A stretch of 15,272 nt of DNA, from assembly GCA_046498225.1 (NCBI GenBank), contig JAWOBF010000064.1:1-15272 (forward strand), in the 5' to 3' direction. Below, one piece after another: positions 1 to 6,697 of this stretch (positions are counted from its first letter, which is position 1; the number at the start of each line of letters is the position of its first letter). The notes beneath the pieces are model-generated. The model made no database searches. It had not been told where the DNA came from and worked only from the letters and a program-made list of their open reading frames with translations. This stretch comes from Candidatus Aegiribacteria sp. GTDB lineage: Bacteria > Fermentibacterota > Fermentibacteria > Fermentibacterales > JCC-6. Position numbers and translations under genes: made by a program.

Positions 1-156
1 CAGTTTTCTTATCTTGTTGCCCGACGCCACGCTCTCCGTGAGATCGTCCCGTTTCACGAACAGCTCCACCCCGAGCCGGCGGGACATCCTTTCCATAAGC
101 TGGACGGGAGTGGGGAGGCGTGCCAGCTTCACCCGGTCCCCCAGCAGTCCTTCCAT
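1..156 (-). CDS. D-cysteine desulfhydrase / ACC deaminase family PLP-dependent enzyme (5' part only; runs off the window)
   Basis: Manual translation from ATG at 156: MEGLLGDRVKLARLPTPVQLMERMSRRLGVELFVKRDDLTESVASGNKIRKL. PTP, VKRDDL and GNK(I)RKL (PLP lysine) motifs; SD GGAGAGG at 164-170. Not in the ORF track. Confidence 0.9.
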   Translation of the reverse strand, partial: MEGLLGDRVKLARLPTPVQLMERMSRRLGVELFVKRDDLTESVASGNKIRKL

Positions 157-194
157 GGGTCATCCTCTCCAGCGGCGGCCCGCCGCGCTCCGTG

Positions 195-220
195 AAAAAG
201 GGCCCGGCTGCGCCGGGCCC
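195..220 (-). terminator. Rho-independent terminator of the porin gene
   Basis: Perfect 9-bp GC stem GGGCCCGGC-(3 nt)-GCCGGGCCC (200-220) followed on the minus strand by TTTTT (195-199), about 30 nt after the porin stop. Confidence 0.85.
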
Positions 221-250
221 CGTGTACTCTCTATCCCGAACGTCCTGGTA

Positions 251-1306
251 CTAGTAGTTCAGTCTCCAGCCCAGGTACATGTCGGTGTAGCCGTCTTCGT
301 TCTCATCCTCGAAGCCGTAGTTGCGGCCGCCTATCTGTATGGTGTTGTAGGGGTTGATGAAGACGTTGAGGCAGAAGTCTATGAAGGTCTTGTTGTCTTC
401 GGTCCTATCTGCTCCGGCGGCAATCTGTTCCTCGGGGCTGTAGCTCTCGTAGCGCACAGCGGGCATCACCGAGTGGATCAGGGCGTCCTGAAGGGTGAAG
501 TTCACTCCCAGGGTGGTGTAGAAGGCCACGGCGGCATTGTTCTCCATGCCGTCCACTTCGGGGCCGGCGTAGCCCATCTGCCAGTACTCTCCCACGAAGA
601 CCAGGTCCGCGCTTCCGGAGAGCGGGTAGTCCGCCAGGGCGCAGGCGCTGATGGCAGTGGCCGACCACTCTTCAGGAATTTCCGGAGGGTCCTCCGCCTG
701 ACCTATCATCGACACTCCGCCGGCCACGGTGAGCCATTCGGCGGGATCAAGTGTGAGTTTCGCGACTATCCGCTTGTCTACGTCGTTGTCGGCGTCGCTG
801 TGCATCCCGGTACCGTTGAAAACGCCCAGGTCCAGTCCCACCCAGTCGAACTGGCCGTGGAGGTTAAGCCCCACGTCCCGGCCTCCGTAGTATCCGAACT
901 CTTCGGTTCCGGTCAGGGCGGCCCTGTCCAGGAAGTAGAGACCGCCACCTGAACGGTTGTAGGCGTAGCCCAGGGGTATCATGAACTGGCCCGCGGTAAC
1001 GTTCACCTCGGGTATCACATCCATGGTGACATAGGCGTCGCAGACGTTCAGGGGGGTGTCTTCGTCCCATGTTCTGTAGTTCACGCCCAGGCAGGCGTAG
1101 GTGCTTTGGTTCAGCCTGCCCATAAGGGTGGTCCAGTCGTAGCCCCTGAAGGCGTGCTCTGGGTCCGCGGTCTCGGAACCGTTCATGTAGAACCAGGCCT
1201 TTGTGTAACCCTTGATGGTGAAGGTCTCACCGGGTCCGCCGGAGAACGTTGCCCCTGCAAAGCCCAGAGCGGCCACCAGCGCGACCATTCCCAGTGCGTA
1301 CTTCAT
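251..1306 (-). CDS. Outer-membrane beta-barrel porin, phosphate-selective porin O/P-like (351 aa)
   Basis: Start moved to ATG 1306 (SD GGAGGGAG at 1311-1318). Signal peptide MKYALGMVALVAALGFAGA; motifs DAYV, AGQFMIPLG, GRDVGL, GVFNGTG..D.D.DK typical of OprO/P-like porins; C-terminal aromatic beta-signal YLGWRLNY. Substrate unknown. Confidence 0.8.
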   Translation of the reverse strand: MKYALGMVALVAALGFAGATFSGGPGETFTIKGYTKAWFYMNGSETADPEHAFRGYDWTTLMGRLNQSTYACLGVNYRTWDEDTPLNVCDAYVTMDVIPEVNVTAGQFMIPLGYAYNRSGGGLYFLDRAALTGTEEFGYYGGRDVGLNLHGQFDWVGLDLGVFNGTGMHSDADNDVDKRIVAKLTLDPAEWLTVAGGVSMIGQAEDPPEIPEEWSATAISACALADYPLSGSADLVFVGEYWQMGYAGPEVDGMENNAAVAFYTTLGVNFTLQDALIHSVMPAVRYESYSPEEQIAAGADRTEDNKTFIDFCLNVFINPYNTIQIGGRNYGFEDENEDGYTDMYLGWRLNY

Positions 1307-1414
1307 AGTACTCCCTCCGTTCAGAAGTTCAGGTGACGATGGATAAGGTGCGAAAAGCTGATACCGACACCAAACCGGTGCCGGACCGGGCACTCCCCGC
1401 CCCGAATCGGCGGG

Positions 1415-1443
1415 ATTATACTAAAGGTGTTTGAAGATGCCAA
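1415..1443 (-). promoter_or_regulatory. Sigma70-type promoter for the porin gene
   Basis: Minus strand TTGGCA (1443-1438), 17-nt spacer, TATAAT (1420-1415). Confidence 0.7.
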
Positions 1444-1459
1444 ATTCTACCCATATGAT
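1431..1459 (+). promoter_or_regulatory. Sigma70-type promoter for pilD-Nudix
   Basis: TTGAAG (1431-1436), 17-nt spacer, TATGAT (1454-1459), upstream of the GTG at 1486. Confidence 0.6.
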
Positions 1460-1485
1460 AGGTAAATGCCTTTGGATAGCAGACC

Positions 1486-2316
1486 GTGAGATCAGTCCAC
1501 CTAATCATCTCGTTCCTGTTCGGGGCCGCTGTGGGAAGCTTCCTGAACGTAGTGGCCTGGAGGGTTCCCCGCGGGGAATCCATTCTGCGGCCGAAAAGCA
1601 GGTGCACCTCCTGCGGCCAGCCGGTGAAGTGGTACGACAACGTTCCGGTGCTCAGCTGGTTCCTGCTTCGAGGAAGGTGCAGGAGCTGCGGAGCGGCGTT
1701 CTCCTTCAGGTACGCCCTGGTGGAACTGGTCACCGGGCTGCTTTTCCTGGGGGTCTTCCTCCGGTTCGGACAGTCCTGGCTGTCGCTGCAGTACGCGGTA
1801 TTCGTCTCTCTGCTGGTCTGCACCATACTCACGGATATCGACCACTGGCTTATCCTGGACAGCGTGAGCCTGGGCGGTACCGCCGCCGGGCTGCTTTTCA
1901 CGCTGCTTCCTGGGGGCGGGAGGTTCCTTCCACACCTGATAACGGCGGCCGCCGCCTTCTGCCTCTTCCTGCTGGTAAGGCTGCTGACCATAATCCTGCT
2001 TCGAAGGAAGCCCGGCTACACCATTCCCCCTCCGGGGTACGAGGATGAGGCGGAGGAGTTCCAGGGCGGAATGGGCTGGGGGGACATCAAGCTGGCGGGG
2101 ATGATAGGAGCGTTCCTGGGGCCGTCACATACAGCGGTGGCACTCTTCCTTTCTTTCCTCATAGGCGCCCTCACCGGAACGGCGGTCATCATCGCCGGAA
2201 GGAGCAGGAGGGTTCCCCTGCCCTTCGGGCCTTTCCTGGCCCTGGGGTCGATACTGGCCGTGTTCGCCGGGGACGCCCTGTGGCGTCTCTACCTCCAGGT
2301 CGGCCTCTCCCTCTGA
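1486..2316 (+). CDS. pilD: Type IV prepilin peptidase / N-methyltransferase (peptidase A24A)
   Basis: GSFLNVVAWRVPRGESI, two CxxC motifs (CTSC, CRSC), WYDNVPVLSW, first catalytic Asp in TDID, GMGWGDIKL, PFGPFLA; multiple TM segments. Confidence 0.95.
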   Translation: MRSVHLIISFLFGAAVGSFLNVVAWRVPRGESILRPKSRCTSCGQPVKWYDNVPVLSWFLLRGRCRSCGAAFSFRYALVELVTGLLFLGVFLRFGQSWLSLQYAVFVSLLVCTILTDIDHWLILDSVSLGGTAAGLLFTLLPGGGRFLPHLITAAAAFCLFLLVRLLTIILLRRKPGYTIPPPGYEDEAEEFQGGMGWGDIKLAGMIGAFLGPSHTAVALFLSFLIGALTGTAVIIAGRSRRVPLPFGPFLALGSILAVFAGDALWRLYLQVGLSL

Positions 2317-2318
2317 GA

Positions 2319-2810
2319 ATGCCCGGACCGTTCGAGACCGATTCCGGCGGGGGCAGGAAACGGAACTCCTGCAAGGCGGTGATAGTAAGGGGAAACAGCG
2401 TCCTGCTGACGGTCAACCATGACCAAATGGGGGATTTCTACCTTCTGCCCGGAGGCGGCCAGAAATTCGGAGAGACGCTCACCGAAGCGGTGGTCCGGGA
2501 AGTGCTGGAGGAAACCGGCTGGCTGGTGGAACCGGGCGACCTGGTGCTTTCCAGGGACTACATCGGCGCCACCCATGAGTTTGCCGAGTTCGAGGGGGAC
2601 GTGCATCAGACGGAGATGGTCTTCATGGCCGTTCCGCTGCGGATGACGGACCATGAGCCCGTTCCGGACCCCTGGCAGACGGGTATCGAGTGGGTGGACG
2701 CCGAAAGGCTGGGCGAGGTGAGGATCTACCCCTCGATCCTGAAGGAAATCCTTCCGGCCATTATCTCAGGTGGCTACAGGGGGCCGATATACCTGGGTGA
2801 CGTGAACTGA
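2319..2810 (+). CDS. Nudix hydrolase
   Basis: Nudix box LPGGGQKFGETLTEAVVREVLEETG; likely start ATG 2319, just after the pilD stop. Confidence 0.9.
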   Translation: MPGPFETDSGGGRKRNSCKAVIVRGNSVLLTVNHDQMGDFYLLPGGGQKFGETLTEAVVREVLEETGWLVEPGDLVLSRDYIGATHEFAEFEGDVHQTEMVFMAVPLRMTDHEPVPDPWQTGIEWVDAERLGEVRIYPSILKEILPAIISGGYRGPIYLGDVN

Positions 2811-2820
2811 CCCGCTCCGG

Positions 2821-3324
2821 TCATTCTATCACTACCAGGATATCCCCTGTCATCACGGTCCTGCCCTGCTCCACCGCCACTTCTCTCACCGTTCCGGACC
2901 CGGTGGCCATTATCTCGTTCTGCATCTTCATGGCCTCCAGGACCAGCAGTCCCTGGCCCGCCTTCACCTGATCGCCCTCCTCCACCAGCACTCTGGCCAC
3001 CAGGCCGGGCATGGGAGCGGTTATCACAGCCTCCCCGGCGGCTGATTCCTCCTCAGCCGACTGAAGGTACTCGTCGAAGACCCGGAAGGAGAAGACCTCT
3101 CCCCTGGTGGTAACCCTGTACTCCGTGCCGTCCTTCTCCACCTCCACGTTGTACGAATGACCGTCCAGGAGGATGGAGAGGTGTGTGGGGCTTATCCTGG
3201 TGGAGCTGAGGCGGTACTCCGTATCGTCCAGGAGCACCAGGTAGTGGTCCTCATGTTCTGCGCTGTCCACCAGTCTGGGGCTGACCCTGAACTCCCTGTC
3301 ACCACTTCGAACGACGAACGCCAT
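2821..3324 (-). CDS. Biotin carboxyl carrier protein of acyl-CoA carboxylase (N-terminal extension + biotinyl domain)
   Basis: APMPG and EAMKM biotinylation motif; overlaps the end of the biotin carboxylase gene. Confidence 0.93.
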   Translation of the reverse strand: MAFVVRSGDREFRVSPRLVDSAEHEDHYLVLLDDTEYRLSSTRISPTHLSILLDGHSYNVEVEKDGTEYRVTTRGEVFSFRVFDEYLQSAEEESAAGEAVITAPMPGLVARVLVEEGDQVKAGQGLLVLEAMKMQNEIMATGSGTVREVAVEQGRTVMTGDILVVIE

Positions 3325-4792
3325 TGCCTGCCCTCCCCAGCATCTTCCATCTGCTTACCCTGGACCGGCCTCCCAGTTCAACCGTCCGGTCCTCGGCGGC
3401 GACCAGGGCAGCCGCCATGGCGGCCACCTCTATGTGCCTTTCGCTCACCGGGTGCTCTATCTCCTGCACTATGCCCGTATCGTAGCTGCCCGATCGGAAG
3501 GACGGGTGCTCCAGCGCCTTGAGATGGAAGGGTATGGTAGTGTGAATTCCCTTTATCCTGTACTCCCGCAGGGCCCTCTTCATCCTTCCGAGGGCCTCCT
3601 CCCTGTCCCTGCCCCACACCACCAGCTTGGAGATGAGGGGGTCGTAGTAGAGGGATACGGTGCTTCCCTCGCTGACGCCGGATTCAAGCCGGACGCCGGG
3701 GCCGGAGGGCTCCTCCATCTCCGTTATGGTTCCGGTGGAAGGAAGGAAGGTCACGGAATCCTCGGCGCATATCCTGCATTCGATGGACGCCCCTCTCAGC
3801 TCGACATCCTCCCGGGTGAAGGAAAGGCGCCGTCCTTCGGCTATGCGTATCTGCTCCTTGACTATATCTATTCCGGTCACCAGCTCGGTGACGGGATGCT
3901 CCACCTGGAGCCTGGCGTTCACCTCGCAGAAGTAGAAGCTTCCGGATGCGTCAAGCAGGAACTCCACTGTGCCGGCGTTACGGTAATCCGATGCGAGAAC
4001 GGCCCGTATGGCCGCCTCTCCCATCCTATCCCTCAGCTCACTGTCCAGGGCGCAGCTGGGAGCTTCCTCTATCAGCTTCTGGAACCTCCGCTGGACTGAG
4101 CACTCCCTCTCGCCCAGATGGACCACGTTCCCGTGATGGTCGGCCAGGACCTGTATCTCCACGTGCCTGGGCTTCTCCAGGTACCGCTCCACGTAAATGT
4201 CCGGGTTGTCGAAGGCGGCCTTCGCCTCGGCGGTGGCCTGTTCCAGGCTGGACCCCAGCTGCTCCGCCTTCCTCACCACCCTCACGCCTTTGCCGCCTCC
4301 GCCTCCCGCCGCCTTAAGCAGCACCGGCAGGCCTATGTCCCGCACTGCCGCCTCCGCCTCCTCCACGCTGGAGAGTGGTTCCGCGGTGCCCGGCACGATG
4401 GGTATACCAGCCTCCACCGCCATCCTCCTGGCCTGGGTCTTGTTGCCCAGAAGGGCCATGGACTCGGACGACGGTCCTATGAACACCATGCCGGCATCAC
4501 TGCACGCGGCGGGCAGGGCCGGGTTCTCCGCCAGGAAACCGTAGCCGGGATGTATGGCGTCACAGCCGCTCTGAAGAGCGGTATCGACTATCCTGTCTAT
4601 TCTGAGGTAGCTGTCGACGGAGGGGGCGGGGCCAACGCAGAAAGCCCTGTCGGCATACCTGACGTGCCTGGCCGCTCTGTCAATCTCCGAGTAGACGGCC
4701 ACGGACTCGATGTCCATCTCCCTGCAGGCGCGCATCACCCTGATGGCTATCTCACCCCTGTTGGCCACCAGTATCCTCCTGAAAGCCGTCAC
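3299..4792 (-). CDS. accC: Biotin carboxylase subunit of acetyl/propionyl-CoA carboxylase
   Basis: ILVANRGEIA, HPGYGFLAEN, GGGGKG, ERECSVQRR, EVNARLQVEHPVTE, YYDPLISK; GTG start overlaps the upstream TGA (GTGA). Confidence 0.95.
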   Translation of the reverse strand: MTAFRRILVANRGEIAIRVMRACREMDIESVAVYSEIDRAARHVRYADRAFCVGPAPSVDSYLRIDRIVDTALQSGCDAIHPGYGFLAENPALPAACSDAGMVFIGPSSESMALLGNKTQARRMAVEAGIPIVPGTAEPLSSVEEAEAAVRDIGLPVLLKAAGGGGGKGVRVVRKAEQLGSSLEQATAEAKAAFDNPDIYVERYLEKPRHVEIQVLADHHGNVVHLGERECSVQRRFQKLIEEAPSCALDSELRDRMGEAAIRAVLASDYRNAGTVEFLLDASGSFYFCEVNARLQVEHPVTELVTGIDIVKEQIRIAEGRRLSFTREDVELRGASIECRICAEDSVTFLPSTGTITEMEEPSGPGVRLESGVSEGSTVSLYYDPLISKLVVWGRDREEALGRMKRALREYRIKGIHTTIPFHLKALEHPSFRSGSYDTGIVQEIEHPVSERHIEVAAMAAALVAAEDRTVELGGRSRVSRWKMLGRAGNGVRRSKW

Positions 4793-6366
4793 AGGGGCAT
4801 GTTCCCGTGCTTGCGGTCTATCCTCTTCTCCAGCTTTGTGCTGAGAGAAGTGAAAGCCGCTATCAGCCTGGCCCTGGTCTCGGAGGGTTTTATTACCTCG
4901 TCGATGTAACCCCTGTTTGCCGCGATGTAGGGGTTGTTGAACTTCTCGTTGTACTGGTCCACCAGTTTCTTCTTCTCCTCATCCGGGTCCGCCGCCGAGG
5001 ACAGCCTTCTCCTGTGAAGTATCTTGACCGCTCCCTCCGCACCCATCACCGCTATCTGGGCCGAGGGCCAGGCGAAGTTGAGGTCTGCTCCTATCTGCTT
5101 GGAGTTCATGGCTATGTAAGCTCCACCGTAAGCCTTGCGGATAACCACTGTTATCCTGGGCACGGTGGCCTCGCAGAACGCGTAGAGAAGCTTGGCCCCC
5201 TCCTTTATCACGCCGGTGTGCTCCTGGCTGACCCCGGGAAGAAAGCCCGGAGCGTCCTCCAGTACCAGCAGGGGGATGTTGAAGGAATCGCAGAAACGAA
5301 CGAACCTGGCCCCCTTCGCCGACGAGAGCGTGTCCAGGACCCCGGCCAGGTGCGCCGGCTGATTGGCGACTATTCCTATGGGCATGCCCTCCAGACGGCC
5401 AAAGCCCACCACCAGACTGGGGGCGAAATGTTTGTGGACCTCCAGGAAGGAGTCCTCATCCACCAGGGCCTCGATTATCCGCTTCATATCGTAGGGAAGC
5501 GAATGGTTTTCGGGGAGTACCTTCTCCAGGGCTTCGCTTCTGGACCCGCCCTTCACCTGGTTCATGATGGAACCCAGCTTGTTCCTCAGGCCGCTCCTCT
5601 TTTTGTTCACCACTACCGGCGGGTCCTCCATGTTGTTCTGGGGAAGGTAGGTCAGAAGGTCCCGTACAATGGCCAGGGACTGCTCCTCCGAATCGCACCG
5701 GAAATGGGCCACCCCGCTCTTGCTGTTGTGGGCGGCTGCGCCTCCGAGCTCCTCGAAGGTCACCTCCTCGTGGGTCACCTCCCTTATCACGTCCGGGCCG
5801 GTGAGGAACATGTAGCTGCTGCTGTCCACCATGAAAACGAAATCCGTCAGGGCGGGCGAGTATACGGCGCCGCCCGCGCAGGGTCCCATCACTACCGATA
5901 TCTGGGGTATCACTCCGGAAGCCCTCACGTTGCCCATGAACACCGTGCCGTAGCCGGCAAGGGAATCGATGCCCTCCTGAATGCGGGCTCCGCCGGAGTC
6001 CTTGATGTTGATCATGGGAGCCCCGTTCTTCAGGGCCAGGGACTGGGCCAGGGCTATCTTTTCGGCGAACTGCTTCGAGAGTGAGCCGCCCAGGACCGTG
6101 AAGTCCTCGGAGACCACGTAGACCAGCCTTCCATGGACAGTCCCGTAGCCGGTTACAACTCCGTCGCCCAGGAACTTCTTCTCCTCCATGCCGAAGTCGT
6201 GGCAGTTGTGGGTGACCAGCATACCCAGTTCGTTGAACGAGTCCCTGTCCAGAAGGAGGTTCAGCCGCTCGCGGGCGGTGAGCTTGCCCGCCTCGTGGCG
6301 CTTCCGCGCCTTCTCCGGTCCTCCACCGGACCTTGCCTGTTCCCTCAGTTCGTCCAGCTTGTCCAT
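4789..6366 (-). CDS. pccB: Acyl-CoA carboxylase carboxyltransferase subunit (PccB / methylmalonyl-CoA decarboxylase alpha family), 525 aa
   Basis: Start moved to ATG 6366 (MDKLDEL; purine-rich SD GAAGGGGG). GKLTARER, DSGGARIQEG, GPCAGGAVYSPALTDF, RKAYGGAY, KHGNMPL. Confidence 0.93.
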   Translation of the reverse strand: MDKLDELREQARSGGGPEKARKRHEAGKLTARERLNLLLDRDSFNELGMLVTHNCHDFGMEEKKFLGDGVVTGYGTVHGRLVYVVSEDFTVLGGSLSKQFAEKIALAQSLALKNGAPMINIKDSGGARIQEGIDSLAGYGTVFMGNVRASGVIPQISVVMGPCAGGAVYSPALTDFVFMVDSSSYMFLTGPDVIREVTHEEVTFEELGGAAAHNSKSGVAHFRCDSEEQSLAIVRDLLTYLPQNNMEDPPVVVNKKRSGLRNKLGSIMNQVKGGSRSEALEKVLPENHSLPYDMKRIIEALVDEDSFLEVHKHFAPSLVVGFGRLEGMPIGIVANQPAHLAGVLDTLSSAKGARFVRFCDSFNIPLLVLEDAPGFLPGVSQEHTGVIKEGAKLLYAFCEATVPRITVVIRKAYGGAYIAMNSKQIGADLNFAWPSAQIAVMGAEGAVKILHRRRLSSAADPDEEKKKLVDQYNEKFNNPYIAANRGYIDEVIKPSETRARLIAAFTSLSTKLEKRIDRKHGNMPL

Positions 6367-6697
6367 TCGGCCCCCTTCGGTTCTGATCGAGGGATCCGGA
6401 CTGAAGGCAGCCGGGGAAGCGGAACGGAAGGAAGTCCTCCGGCACCAGTCCGGGCCTGTTACTTCAGAAAAGAACATATGGACGGACCGTCCCCCCGTCA
6501 AAGACCTGGAACACCATATATCATTGACTGACATGCGGGAGCGAATCTACACCGATAATCCGGAATTAATAACACTGGAATCCGGTATGTTTTCCGGATA
6601 AAATGGGCTTCTCCGCGTTGTGCTGGAGTTTCACCGCGGGTATATGTATGTTCCCGGTAGACGATAAAAAGCGAATATTCCGTGGAATGAGGAATCC

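Noticed and set aside
2319..2810. Nudix hydrolase as an eraser of the TIR-derived ADPR signal
   Set aside because: It is coupled to pilD about 4 kb away in a different operon and its substrate cannot be inferred.
6420..6440. SRP (4.5S) RNA suggested by CGGAAGGAAG inside a hairpin
   Set aside because: The flanking conserved CAGG and GCAG internal-loop residues are absent and the GGAA is not closed as a tetraloop.
6367..6534. ORF-track N-terminal extension of pccB (also the extended starts at 1393, 2280, 8806 and 12958)
   Set aside because: Downstream starts match family N-termini, signal peptides, SD sites or gene overlaps better.
14..6601. Long alternative ORFs such as 14-952(+), 1431-2048(+), 3434-4099(+), 4118-4909(+), 4807-6084(+), 5456-6445(-)
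   Set aside because: Antisense or off-frame shadows of well-supported genes in GC-rich DNA; no recognisable motifs.
6618..6646. Possible promoter TTGTGC-17-TATATG for the TIR operon
   Set aside because: Match to consensus too weak to call without TSS data.
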